From the IMG/VR virus record IMGVR_UViG_3300034150_000083, positions 1-64,000 of that record: a DNA stretch of 64,000 bases. The stretch is one strand, 5' to 3'. Source of the DNA: a virus. Taxonomy: Duplodnaviria > Caudoviricetes. Below the pieces are notes generated by a model. The model did no database searches. It was not told the DNA's origin and was given only the letters and a program-made list of their open reading frames with translations. This document shows, piece after piece, positions 27,601-37,600 of the stretch (within the stretch, counting starts at the first letter, position 1; the number at the start of each line of letters is the position of its first letter). A program made the position numbers and the translations under genes.

Positions 27601-29245
27601 CCAGGCTCCGGAAGGCGCGGTTCTCGGTAAGTGGCTAGGGGCCAGCGAGTCGCTGGTCTTCACGGGATTGGGTGCGCCTCCCGCATTGTCCACTGCCAGC
27701 CCTCCTCAGGTGCGGCTCTACGCGAGTTCGGGCGGACAGATGTACATCTCGTCGAATGGAGCCGCGTGGGGGCCCTTTGGGACCGGGACGCTTCCCGCCA
27801 GTTCAGACGGAGCCATCCAATACAACGATGCCGGCAGTTTCGGCGGGCATCCCAACTTCTATTGGCATAAGACGGCATTTCAGATGTACCTGAACACGTA
27901 TGCCGGTCAACCTGGACTCACGGTCACCGGCGGCTGGGTCCAATCGCAGGGCGGATTCTTTACCGATAGCGCCAGCGCCCTGGCGGTGAATGCCCAGAGC
28001 GGCGGCGTGACGGCGCGGTGGATTGCCGCCAACGAATCGCTGCTCTTCCTGCAAAGATCGGAACCGGATCGCTCGACGGGCGGCCAAGTGCGGCTCTACG
28101 CCAATACCAACGGCGTGCTGTATATCTCGACGGGCGGGCAACCCTACGGTCCACTGGTGACCAGCGCCCTCGCGGCCGGAACGCACTCGATGGTGCAGTA
28201 CAACAACAGCGGCTATTTCGGAGCCGAGGCTGCCTTCTTCTACAACGACTCTTCAGACACGCTCACCGTGCCGAACATCACAGCCACGGGCACCACCTGG
28301 GGCTCGGTCAGTTCAAGCGGCGTCATCAGCGCCGTGAGATTTTATTCCAATGTCGGAGACGGCGAGTGGCAGTACCTGATGAACTCGCCTTGGCGCCAGT
28401 GGGGCTTCCGCACTGGCAGCGATGGTTCGCAGCAATGGGTTGATTACAGCGGGGGCAATGCCCCGTTCCTGATCTACGGCCATACCAGCCCGGCGTCGAT
28501 TCGTCTCGTTACGGGCGGCTCCGTGCAGGCCAACCAGTTCTATTCGCCCTATGCCGGCTTCGACGCGGTGAATGCCGGGAGCGGCGGCTCGTACGCGCGT
28601 TCGCACCGTTCGGCGGTGTACATGCAGATCGGCCAGAACTACGGACAGGGCATAGCCTTCACGGGCGGGGATTCTCTGCAATTCGGGTGTCTGTTCTACG
28701 ACACCAGCGTGGGCGTGGCGAAGATCTACATTTCTTCCGGATGGCAGACGATCGCCACCGGCACCTTCAGCGGAATCACTTCGACAACGCAGCCTTCCTG
28801 GACCGCGACCAACAGCGGCTACAGTTACACGTTCAACAACAGTAACGGGAATTTCGTGGTGAACGGGCAAGGTGATGTCACCGCTTATGGCGTGATCACG
28901 ACCTCCGGACCTTCCGGTGGGTTCAACTGCACCGGCCAGCAGGCGAGGAACTCGATTCAAACCTATGGCGGGTTCAACGCCGGTTCGGGCGGCGGCGGCA
29001 ACGGCGTGTACCAGATCGGCGGAAGCGACGTGATCAACAACTCGCGCCAGTTTGTCGGCTATGGCGGCATCAATACGAGTGGTCACATGATCGCGAGCGG
29101 TAACTGCGTGGCGGCTTCGTATCAGATCAGCAACGGGTATTATGGGCAGGACTATACTCTCTATTTCCCGCAAGGGTTTCAACTCAACGGCCAGCCGAAG
29201 AACTACATGTACTTCAAGGGCGGCATCATTTGGCAAGTAACTTAG
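24650..29245 (+). CDS. tailspike / receptor-binding protein with pectate-lyase-like beta-helix and four internal repeats
   Basis: VSVKDFGAVSDGVSDCSEAFQEA start of beta-helix domain; repeated xQ(F/Y)NxxGxFG modules. Confidence 0.85.
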   Translation: MAIIYPDSIIRDTWVKHGERVSVKDFGAVSDGVSDCSEAFQEAYDSVVSKGGGSIDIPGVGTVGESYKLNTPIELDSDVPISWLGQGRSSKITRGAALPAGKALFNLNNARSMVFRNFLVDGKVTASAGLLYSEFASDPMHPTLTLNSSFWVHGGEDLEWDGVHIEHTGGYSILLDARLLNVKRVKIHHGMLRNNRPHTFGTAAADMMDLRRRVQGVKIDWERHFPDLLAGSASIYGSWTGGILGQNQATGGSSTKVSDLNVSNNRFERNTGNCVWQHGYGFDSFHQQIHVDYNSFLDCGLDGILFGNVIGGSAIGNSFRRIGYICSDDTSPGIPRWLPNLNATGLDTSGVVKLVNYANNSFLNVNGGAINGDGFAYGTINGNSIRVSRPGEPEYTEDSIGSGFGPGGSGQNWSQGIVLGNTADKEGGLGVTISGNFFDNLGGTAIGLYAARKCQAQNNLIIAPNAPGQNPIMIGGLLTGSNQVARDNLVTENTVHFNPATPAPAIFEDPTYRPFTPADMNRVVKNVCLGGPNVFEFKRDPNTDTKCAIHFTTEAVASYSSRHGITREGIGEGSSLRFYAQDSDPWGNIHMSLNMYRAQGARGPLLNVSETGPGPPEVVTEGGNITTGSVLTQPFGDSMVTGKLCGTSLLALSAYTYWEVEANMFNADWALLRWDDLLGKWQQSVSVDTGVRVWTDLAVGGGGATVKPADPVDSVQFNRAGAFGGSADFIYTESAKRLTIYGTAALPGINVTGGYIQSDQGFVAMPATAVTYNAIQASNGGVYALSATIKNYITWGSNAAPVPTINDTFLDNGVINYDDPNKIFNFRTGQYNQATQNTDLVDVSCFALGFAASSTLTNAIQAPYGGVTGQWLIATDSLIFIGRAQPPVSGMGQARIYAATSGQLYISTNTAPYGPFGNTPPGAPEGSVQYNRGGQFGGDANFFWDEGVNRLYITCAPTAPAISTSGGWIQSEGGFLTFNTGNAIQAPEGAVLGKWLGASESLVFTGLGAPPALSTASPPQVRLYASSGGQMYISSNGAAWGPFGTGTLPASSDGAIQYNDAGSFGGHPNFYWHKTAFQMYLNTYAGQPGLTVTGGWVQSQGGFFTDSASALAVNAQSGGVTARWIAANESLLFLQRSEPDRSTGGQVRLYANTNGVLYISTGGQPYGPLVTSALAAGTHSMVQYNNSGYFGAEAAFFYNDSSDTLTVPNITATGTTWGSVSSSGVISAVRFYSNVGDGEWQYLMNSPWRQWGFRTGSDGSQQWVDYSGGNAPFLIYGHTSPASIRLVTGGSVQANQFYSPYAGFDAVNAGSGGSYARSHRSAVYMQIGQNYGQGIAFTGGDSLQFGCLFYDTSVGVAKIYISSGWQTIATGTFSGITSTTQPSWTATNSGYSYTFNNSNGNFVVNGQGDVTAYGVITTSGPSGGFNCTGQQARNSIQTYGGFNAGSGGGGNGVYQIGGSDVINNSRQFVGYGGINTSGHMIASGNCVAASYQISNGYYGQDYTLYFPQGFQLNGQPKNYMYFKGGIIWQVT

Positions 29246-29253
29246 GAGAACTT

Positions 29254-29667
29254 ATGCACATTGAAATTCCGATGCGGGCGCGGCTCTACCTGCTCGCGCT
29301 GATCGGTCAGGACTCAGGCGGCTTAGAAGATGAGAAGCGCATGATCGCGACCGAATTGCTGTACAAGATCGAATTGCCGCAAAGCGAACTAGCACTCTAC
29401 GAGACGCCCATTCCGCAGGGCGGCGCGTACCTGCACCTCGACCGGATCGCGCAAGCGCCGGTCCTCGACGCAGACCTCACCGCCGCCGAGATCAGGCGCG
29501 CCGTGGCGCTCCTCACCGAGTGGAAGAACTATCGTCCCGGCGATGACCGCTTCATCAGACCGCTCCTCAAGAGTTTCCGCAACGCGCTCGAGAACGATGA
29601 AGAGATGACGCCGCCGCCGCCCACGGCTCAGGCCATCTCGCCGAGAAAGTCCGCAAACGGTCGCTAG
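29254..29667 (+). CDS. putative fibre assembly chaperone
   Basis: SD AGGAG; follows tailspike; pattern shared with 51939-52295. Confidence 0.5.
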   Translation: MHIEIPMRARLYLLALIGQDSGGLEDEKRMIATELLYKIELPQSELALYETPIPQGGAYLHLDRIAQAPVLDADLTAAEIRRAVALLTEWKNYRPGDDRFIRPLLKSFRNALENDEEMTPPPPTAQAISPRKSANGR

Positions 29668-29686
29668 ACCAAAGAAAGAAGGAACC

Positions 29687-30184
29687 ATGCCAACACCTAT
29701 GCCGCCGACACCGGTCCCCGTGCCGCCTGCCGCTCCGAAGACAATTGATCTGTCGAAGGTCTTCGTTCGCGCCATGCCGGGTTACTTGTACAGCCCGTTC
29801 ACCAAGAAGCTCTACTACACGAACAACCGGCAGGAAGTCGGAGCCTCCACGTACGAACGCCCGTGGAGCGTGAGTCCAGGCTACGGCTTTGAGAATCCCG
29901 TTTATCCGTTGAACCCGGTGGACTTTCCCACGGCGGAGACGGCCAACAAGGTGCTCGAGCAGGCACGGGCGTGGTATCCCACGCTTCTCTTTGACGTGAT
30001 GGCCCCGAAGCCAACCGGAGGCGTCGTCACTCAGCTTCAATACTGGTTGATCGTTTGGAACGGCGCCGACCTCTATGAGATCTTCTCGTGCGGCTGGTGG
30101 GCCTTCGACTGCGACAAAGACGGCGAGACCGCTGCGAAACAGCAGCGCACCGCCGAGCTCAAGAGCGCCGGATTCTCCGTATAG
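29687..30184 (+). CDS. hypothetical protein
   Basis: SD AAGGA; 165 aa. Confidence 0.7.
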   Translation: MPTPMPPTPVPVPPAAPKTIDLSKVFVRAMPGYLYSPFTKKLYYTNNRQEVGASTYERPWSVSPGYGFENPVYPLNPVDFPTAETANKVLEQARAWYPTLLFDVMAPKPTGGVVTQLQYWLIVWNGADLYEIFSCGWWAFDCDKDGETAAKQQRTAELKSAGFSV

Positions 30185-30292
30185 GGGAGTACACTTGGTG
30201 CAACTCGCTGGTGTTTTCCTAATCTCCGTATGCACAGGCCAGCGAGGCAGGGCGGCCGAACCGATGCGGCCGCCCCGTAAGAAAGGAACCGT

Positions 30293-30481
30293 ATGCCAAT
30301 AATTCAAGTGCTGGTCCTGATCGTCGTTGTCGGCGTGATCCTCTATCTGGTGAATACGTACGTCCCAATGGCCGCGCCGATTAAGACAATCCTCAACATC
30401 GTTGTCATTCTCTTCCTGGTTCTCTGGCTGCTCTCAGTTTTCGGTCTGCTTCCCGGTGGCACGGTTCCCCGGCTCCGATGA
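30293..30481 (+). CDS. small two-helix membrane protein (Thivi_2564-like; holin candidate)
   Basis: LIVVVGVILYLVNTYVPMAAPIKTILNIVVILFLVLWLL matches my recollection of that family. Confidence 0.7.
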   Translation: MPIIQVLVLIVVVGVILYLVNTYVPMAAPIKTILNIVVILFLVLWLLSVFGLLPGGTVPRLR

Positions 30482-30517
30482 CAAATTGCAGTGGTAATGT
30501 TTAACGAGGAATAGCCC

Positions 30518-32089
30518 ATGGCAAGCAAGTCCGAGAAGATGACCCAGGAGAACTATGATCTTGCCAAGCGGCGCGGGGATCGTTTCAACATAGAGGCCGA
30601 GCAGCGCGCCACGAACGCCCAGAACCGCGAGAAATGGGCGCAGGATTACCAAGGGGAATTCTACGACCCGATGATCGCCGGCCAAGGCGGCTATACGCCC
30701 CAGCAGGCTGCCGATATCCAGGGCAACTACGATGGCCTCGCGGCCACCGACGATCAACTCGCCTCCAACCAGTTCACGCAGCAGGAGCGCAACGACATCG
30801 AGGGGAGTCCGTGGGACCGGGCGGTCTACTTCGACAAGGATGCGATGGAGGCGCAAACCGCCAGCGACAGTGATCGGGTGCGCGGCTCGATGGGCGGTTA
30901 CCGGAGTGATCTGCAAGGCGCGCTCGATCCCTACTCGAAGAGCATGAACGAGGCGCTCGGCGACCAGGCGGGCCAGTCGATCGGCGAGGCTTACACCGCG
31001 CAACAGCAGGCCACGATCGGACAGACCGGAGCCGACCGCCGCGCCGCGGTGGACCCGGCACTCCTGCGTGCCGATGCCGGCGCGCTCGACACCATCCGGA
31101 TGTCGCCGGAAGAATATCAACAGACTCTGACTGGCGCGGGTAACGTCGTTGGGGAAAGCTATCGCGCGGCGGCTGATGATTCCGCACGCCGCGCGAGAGC
31201 CGCCGGTGCCAGTGCTCTCGGCGTGGGCGCGATGCGCGACAGACTCGAGCGAGGCTCCGCCGTCGACCGTGGCGATGCCATGCTCAAAGCCAAGATCGCC
31301 GCTGGCGCGGCACGCGCCGGACGGGCCGGCACCGCCGAAGATTTCCGGCTCCGCGGCGAAGAGTCTGCCTCCGACCGCATGGGACGCGCGGCGATGGAAG
31401 CGGGCGGGTTTGAATTCCAGAACCGTTTCGGTCTGGAGGACCAGCGCCTCGCCGCCGAGAAATCCAAACAGGGCGCACGGCTCCAGGTGGCCAGCGAACT
31501 TGGGAAAGCGGGTATGGGCGTGGCCAGCGAACTCGGCCGGGCGGGCCTCGGCGTCGAAGAAGCCGCCGCGCAGCGCGCCCAGCAACAGCGCCAGTACGGC
31601 ACGTCTCTAGGGACCGAGATGGCGACAGGTATCGAGCGCGACCAAGCGGCGCGGCGTGAACGGAACGCCCTCAACCGTCAGGGCATCCAACAGTCCAACC
31701 AAGCCGTGAAGTACGGCCAAGGCATGGGTGTGCAGCAAGCGAAGACGCGCGGCGCTCAGACCGTGGCGGATGCCCAGCGTGCGGATGCCGCCGAGGGACG
31801 CGGCTATGTGAATGAGGCGGCGCGGGCGGCTGCAGCCGAGAAGGGTCAGGAACTCGACCGTCAGATGAACGCTTGGCAGATCCAGGGCGGCCAGCAGCAG
31901 AACGCCACGCAGCAGCAGGCGCAGCAGGACGCGCGACCGAAGGGTTGGGAAAAGGCGATCAGCATGGGGATGGGAGCGGTCGGCGCTGCAGTTCCATTGA
32001 TCGGCATGGCTCAGAATGTCGGAAAGATGGCGACGAAGCCGGCGGCGGGCGGTTATACAGATCCTTATGGGAACTGGGGCGGCGGGTAG
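30518..32089 (+). CDS. putative DNA ejection (internal virion) protein
   Basis: Ala/Gly/Gln-rich helical protein with C-terminal amphipathic Gly-rich segment, position of P22 gp7-like genes. Confidence 0.6.
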   Translation: MASKSEKMTQENYDLAKRRGDRFNIEAEQRATNAQNREKWAQDYQGEFYDPMIAGQGGYTPQQAADIQGNYDGLAATDDQLASNQFTQQERNDIEGSPWDRAVYFDKDAMEAQTASDSDRVRGSMGGYRSDLQGALDPYSKSMNEALGDQAGQSIGEAYTAQQQATIGQTGADRRAAVDPALLRADAGALDTIRMSPEEYQQTLTGAGNVVGESYRAAADDSARRARAAGASALGVGAMRDRLERGSAVDRGDAMLKAKIAAGAARAGRAGTAEDFRLRGEESASDRMGRAAMEAGGFEFQNRFGLEDQRLAAEKSKQGARLQVASELGKAGMGVASELGRAGLGVEEAAAQRAQQQRQYGTSLGTEMATGIERDQAARRERNALNRQGIQQSNQAVKYGQGMGVQQAKTRGAQTVADAQRADAAEGRGYVNEAARAAAAEKGQELDRQMNAWQIQGGQQQNATQQQAQQDARPKGWEKAISMGMGAVGAAVPLIGMAQNVGKMATKPAAGGYTDPYGNWGGG

Positions 32090-32101
32090 AGAAAGGGAAC
32101 T

Positions 32102-33118
32102 ATGCCAAGTTACTGGGAAAACGATATGCAGCCCGCGGGCGGAGCCGCCCCGGCAGCCCAAGGCGCGCAGCGCCAATACGGCGCGATAACCCCGGCTGCT
32201 CCGAAGCCGCCGATGGCCGCGCAGCAACCGATGGGTGCGCCCCCGATGGGGCAGGCGCACCCGCGACCGATGGGCCGCGCGATGGGACAACAGGGCGGGG
32301 GCCCTCCCGGTGGCGGCGGTCGATGGTGGCAAGGTGTAGGTGGAGGTGGACCCGTGCGCCCTCCGCTTGGTGCTCCTCCTCCGATGGGTGGCGCTCCGCC
32401 GGCTCCTTCTCCTCCTCCTGGTGGAGCGCCCCCGGCACCGGGAGCGGCTCCGCAGTGGTCTGCGGCTGCTCAAGCCAACCGTTTTGCTCCGCCCGCACCA
32501 GCCCAGCCCCCGGCGGCACCGCCGCCAGCGCAGGGCAGTTCCTTGCAAGCCGCTCCTCCCGGCGCTGCCGGAAATCCTTGGGAGAGGGAAGGCCGAGCCG
32601 TTGCCCAGCAAATGGGCAAGGCGTACTACGGCGATCAGCCCGCGCAGGATTACGACTATACGGCCAGCAAGGCGGCTGGACAGCAAAAGATAGCCGATAT
32701 GTTTCGCCGCAGCCAACCGATGGGACCGCCGCCGCCCACGGGCGTAGCCTCGTACGGGGTAGCTCCCGTTGATGCCGGCGGATCGGCGGGCGACTTCGCC
32801 GGGCAGATGGAAAAGACCATGGCGGATCGGCGATCGGCGATGGCCGGGCGCGCGGGCGGCCAGCAAGCTTACCTCGGCGCGGGCGATGCCGGGACCGAAC
32901 CGGACGCCTACGGCAAGCAGATGACGGCGATCGACGCAGCTCGCGGAGCCAGCGATCAACAGCAACAGGCCGCCGATCTACCAGCTCCTCCGCCCCCCGC
33001 GCCCGCAAGCAGCATCATGCCGATGGACGGGGGCATGGGGCGTGAGCGGATGATGCGCCAGCAGATGATGCAACAACGCCGACCGATGGGACGAGGACGC
33101 GGACCCGCTACCTACTAA
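32102..33118 (+). CDS. Pro/Gly/Gln/Met low-complexity internal virion protein candidate
   Basis: SD AAAGGGA; starts MPSYWEND, echoed by QPSYWEDE in the next gene. Confidence 0.6.
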   Translation: MPSYWENDMQPAGGAAPAAQGAQRQYGAITPAAPKPPMAAQQPMGAPPMGQAHPRPMGRAMGQQGGGPPGGGGRWWQGVGGGGPVRPPLGAPPPMGGAPPAPSPPPGGAPPAPGAAPQWSAAAQANRFAPPAPAQPPAAPPPAQGSSLQAAPPGAAGNPWEREGRAVAQQMGKAYYGDQPAQDYDYTASKAAGQQKIADMFRRSQPMGPPPPTGVASYGVAPVDAGGSAGDFAGQMEKTMADRRSAMAGRAGGQQAYLGAGDAGTEPDAYGKQMTAIDAARGASDQQQQAADLPAPPPPAPASSIMPMDGGMGRERMMRQQMMQQRRPMGRGRGPATY

Positions 33119-33119
33119 T

Positions 33120-34598
33120 ATGGCTTTCGATATGCGCCGGCAACCCTCCTATTGGGAGGATGAGGATGAGAACAACCCTTTCTCGTTGAAGAATATTGCC
33201 GCGCGCCAGCAACCGGCAGGGTTCAACCCAGCCGTTCCCAGAGCTGTTTTCCCGGGTCCCAGACCCACTGCCGAATCGATGGCCGAAGCCGGACCATTCG
33301 CCGGATCCGATCCATTGCCCGCGCTGCCGCCAGGTCCGGCCGTACCGAAACTTCCGGGTTCGTTGAAAGAGGACGATTGGATTTCGGCACCGGATCCGTT
33401 CATCACCGACTGGAACACTGCTGCCGCCAAGCGCGATGCGCAACGGGCGGAAAAACCGCTCCTCCACGATAAGCAGTACGATCTCCCCGCGTGGCAGAAG
33501 GCGATGATGGTCGCGGCGAATGCCGCTGGCAGTTTGGTGAATGCCGGGCGCCGGACTCACGTAGACCTGATCGATCAGAAGACTCTGATGCGCCGTCCGA
33601 AGTACGAAGCCGCGCTGGACAGTTGGGAGACGCAGGCCAAGTCGCTCGATTCAGAACTGTCCTCGATGACGACCAAGTACCAGATGAAGCGCCAGTCCCA
33701 GCAGGACGAGATGGCGGCGCGCCGCGAGAAAGAGCAGCGCCGGCTGAACGACGCCATGATCGCCGAGCGCGAAGCGCGGGCCGCGGATCTTGCCGAAGAC
33801 AAGCGCAAGCCACCAGCAGACATGATGGGACCTGGTGGCCACGTCTGGAATCCGGAGAAGAAGGAGTGGTATCCGAATTCGGCTCTGCCCCCGACCGCCA
33901 CTCGCCGCACTGGCAGCCAGACCGAGGAAGAGAAGTTTGGCGCGTACGCCCAGCAGGCCCAGCGGATGGTCGAGGCGGGCATCATCAAGGAAGGCAGCAT
34001 GGAGCACCGCTACATGATTGCCAACGGCCAGTTGCCGAGTCCACATTACGAGCGCGCAAGCAGCAACGATCACTGGGACCAGAAGGAAGCCGCCAAGCAG
34101 GAAGAGTTCAAGCGGAAAGAGCGCAAGGACATCCACGATCTGGAGTACGGCAAGCCGAACCAGCCGGGCCTCCACGATCAGCTCAATTCGTGGGGCGCGG
34201 AACAGTCCAAGCGGGACAAGCTCAAGCCGAAGCCGAATAAAGACGGCACCTTCGACACGAGCAGTCAGGCATATAAGGACTGGGCCGAATCCTACGTTCC
34301 CCCCGATCCGCAGGCGGAGTCCCGCAAGCAGGTCCTGCTCAACAATCTGCAGGGTGTCTATGACCGCAAGTACGCCATTGGCGACATCGACATCGCCAGA
34401 TACACCGCGCTGACGCAGGGACTGAAGGCTCAGGCCGAGGGTAAGGCACCATCCGCTGCGACCAGCGGCGGGCAGACTCGTCAGACTGCGGCCCCGGCGG
34501 CGACCCCTGCGGCCACGCAGACAACGCAGACCACTCAGACACCGCAGAAGGCCAAGCACACCAGGAGTCTCGAGGGATGGGGTTCGGGCAGCCGTTAG
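33120..34598 (+). CDS. putative DNA ejection protein
   Basis: 492 aa coiled-coil, between ejection-type genes. Confidence 0.6.
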   Translation: MAFDMRRQPSYWEDEDENNPFSLKNIAARQQPAGFNPAVPRAVFPGPRPTAESMAEAGPFAGSDPLPALPPGPAVPKLPGSLKEDDWISAPDPFITDWNTAAAKRDAQRAEKPLLHDKQYDLPAWQKAMMVAANAAGSLVNAGRRTHVDLIDQKTLMRRPKYEAALDSWETQAKSLDSELSSMTTKYQMKRQSQQDEMAARREKEQRRLNDAMIAEREARAADLAEDKRKPPADMMGPGGHVWNPEKKEWYPNSALPPTATRRTGSQTEEEKFGAYAQQAQRMVEAGIIKEGSMEHRYMIANGQLPSPHYERASSNDHWDQKEAAKQEEFKRKERKDIHDLEYGKPNQPGLHDQLNSWGAEQSKRDKLKPKPNKDGTFDTSSQAYKDWAESYVPPDPQAESRKQVLLNNLQGVYDRKYAIGDIDIARYTALTQGLKAQAEGKAPSAATSGGQTRQTAAPAATPAATQTTQTTQTPQKAKHTRSLEGWGSGSR

Positions 34599-34612
34599 AA
34601 TGAACAAACACG

Positions 34613-37600
34613 ATGGCAACATGGCCCAAGCCCGCCAAAGCGCCGTTTGATCTCAATGGTGCGCGTGCTGATGGATACACCGACGCAGAGATCGCCGATC
34701 ACTTAGCCAAGACCAACGGATTCGACCTCGCCGGCGCGCGAGGCGACGGCTACAGCGACCTGGAGATAATCGGGCATCTCAACAAACCGCCCGCCATGAC
34801 CGAGCTGGGCGCGGGTCTGGAAATGGACCGCGTGATGCAGGGCGCGGTGGGCGCTGCTCCCCGTCCGGCGGATCAGCCCAAGTACAACCAGTACCGGGAT
34901 CCCACGCAGCAACCTGTCACGCCGTTCTATCAGCGCGAGGTTCCGATCCCCGGCACCGAGAAGATCGGCGCGCCGCCGCCCGTCGAGAAGGCTCTGCCGC
35001 CCGTCGACTACACCGCATGGGGCGGGATGCCCGGCGCGGGGGCCCGCCTGCGTGGCATGGCCGGACTGCAGCAGGTTCCCGGCGAAGAGGATCAGCGGAT
35101 CGACATGCCGGATCCGGCCACGAACCTCTACCAGTGGGGCCTGCGCGGCGCGACCGGAACCATGGCGGGTCTCGGCGCAGGTCTGAAGGAACTCGGGACC
35201 ACACCCGGCGGGCACCGCCCGAAGTTCATTGGTCTGCGCGAAGCCGGCGAGGCGCTCGAGAATGTCTCCGAGAAGGTGGGGAGCTACATTCCGGAGCAGA
35301 CTCCGGAAGAAGCGCGGATGGTCGGTGACAAGAGCTTCTGGGATGATCCTGGCCAACTGCTCAATCCGTATTACATGACCAAGCACGCCGGGCAGGCGGG
35401 CGGGTCGATGGTGGCGTTCATGGCGCCCGAGGTGGCGTTCCTGAGCAAGGCGGGTCTTGCCATCAGCGGCGCGCGGGCCACCGCGCTCATGTCTGCGGCG
35501 GAAACGCTGGCGAACTCGGCGGAGGTCTACGACGACGCCATCAACGTGAAGAAGCTGAGTCCGGACGAGGCTCACTACCTCTTCATGAAGAACCTGCCCA
35601 AGGACTTCCCCGTCACCTACGGGCTGAACCGCATTGGGCTGTTCAACGAGCGGCTCCGGAACAAGAAGCTCAAATTCGGGATCTCGCAGATCTCCGAACC
35701 GCTCCAGGAGTTCGGGCAGGGCGCGGTCAAGAACTGGACGCTCGATGACCCGATCCTCAAGGACGCGCCCGAAAACATCATGGGCGGCATCATGGGCGGT
35801 CCCGTGGGAGCTGGTCTCCAGATCGGCAGCATGCGTGATCCGAGCCATCACGAACCCGAGTCAAAGGAGCTGAACTGGAACAACGCCATTGACATGTTCC
35901 CGGCAGCGGAGCCGGGGCAGAAGGCTCCTGGTTCGTATGGCATCATCCCTTCGCTGCCGACGCAGTCCCGCTACCCTCCGGTGGGACCACAGATGGCGGA
36001 GCAGCCGGGACCGGAGCCATCGTCCCTCGAGGGCGGGCCACCTCCAGGGGGAGCGCCTCCCGGTGGAGCGCCGCCCTCCGCGCCGACGATCGTCGACACC
36101 ACCGCGCCGGACCCGTCGCTCAAACTGCAGGGCGAGGACCTCTACGCGGACGCGCTCAAGTACGCCGGAAACTATACGGAGCTCGGCCTCGGCGCACTCG
36201 TGCGGAAGTACGGCATCACGCGCGACGAGGCGGCCGGACTCCTGCAGCGCTTCGTCTCCGAGGGCCACTTCCTTCCCAAGCCGCTCAAGGGTGGCGGTGT
36301 CGTTTATGTGAACCAGGCCAAGAAGGCCGAGGAGGAAGAGATCGCCGGGATCTTCCCGGCGCCGGAAGGCGAAGAGGAGTTCAACGAGGACACGGTTCTT
36401 CCGCCCGTCGATATAGACAAGATCGTGGGCGAGAGCGAAGGCGAAGCTCCGCCGGCGGGGATTCCGCCGACTCCAGCTCCGCCTGCACCGCCCGCGCCAC
36501 CAACGGCACCCGCGCCACCAACTCAGGAGCAGCAGGCACCGCCGACTCAGGAGGAGCAGGCACCTCCGCTACAGGGGCAAGATGCTTTAGACGCCTACAA
36601 CGACTTTCATAGACAGTTGAGGGAACTCCCTCCTACGCCCGAGAACGACGTTGCGCGGCGTGAGTTGCGGGAACAAGTCGCCGCCGTCAGTGAAGCGGCC
36701 AATGCTCATCTGCAAGAGATGCACGATGAGGTGCGGAGAAAGGCGGCCGAAGAGCAGCAGGCACCGCCAACGCAGCAACCTCAACCGCCAACGCAGCAGG
36801 AGCAGCAACCACCCCCGACCGAGGAGGAGGAGCAGATTGGCGAGGAACCGGAGTCACCCGAGCAACAGACACCGCTTCCGCCCGATCAACCAAAAGCTCC
36901 CGCCCCGGCACCGACACCGCCAACTCAAGAACGAAAGGAGGGAGAACAGGAACAGCCAGGACCAGAGCCGTCAGCATTGGAGCAGGAAGGACCTCCCCCT
37001 GCTCCAGCGGCACAGCCTTCGCGGAATCTAGGTTGGACGACGGAAGATCGTGTTCGAGCGGTACTGAGCTATCCCGGCAACGAGGGGATGTCTGAGGAGG
37101 AGGCTAGAGAAATCGTAAAGAAGCGGGAGGCTGAAGGCTGGTACACTCCCGAGCCAGCGGCACACCCGAATCAAGCGGCGATCGATGACCTCGACAATCA
37201 GATCAAGGCCATTCGGGATGCTCCTTCCTACACGCCGGGCAACGAAGCGGAGGCGCAGAAGATCAAGGACCTATGGAGCAAGCGGGAAGCCCTGAAGCGC
37301 GGCGAACCGGCACCGCAGGAATCGAAAGAGGAGAAGCCCGGCCCCGAACCGACCTCGCCCGAGCAGGAGGAAGAAGAAGTCCTCGATGTAAGGATCGGCG
37401 AACCGGACGCGGATGCCTACTACGACCTTTCCGAGAAGATCGCCGAGGCTCAGAAAGACCCGGCCTTCCGCGAGGACACTCGCGAGGGCCAGCAGTTGCG
37501 CGACAAAGTCATCGACATGGAGCGCGATCGCGACTTCCATAAGCCAGCGGCGATCGAGCGGGCCAGGAAGCAGATCGAAGACGAGAAGGCCGGCAAGCCT

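Noticed and set aside
30075-30302. Possible spanin or lipoprotein (VQLAGVFLISVC...)
   Set aside because: Poor lipobox; region better explained by two hairpins upstream of the membrane gene
36651-37031. Alternative-frame plus ORFs inside the giant gene (36651-37031, 42961-43281)
   Set aside because: Arg/Ser-rich, no SD, lack the GC3 signature shown by 38070-38336
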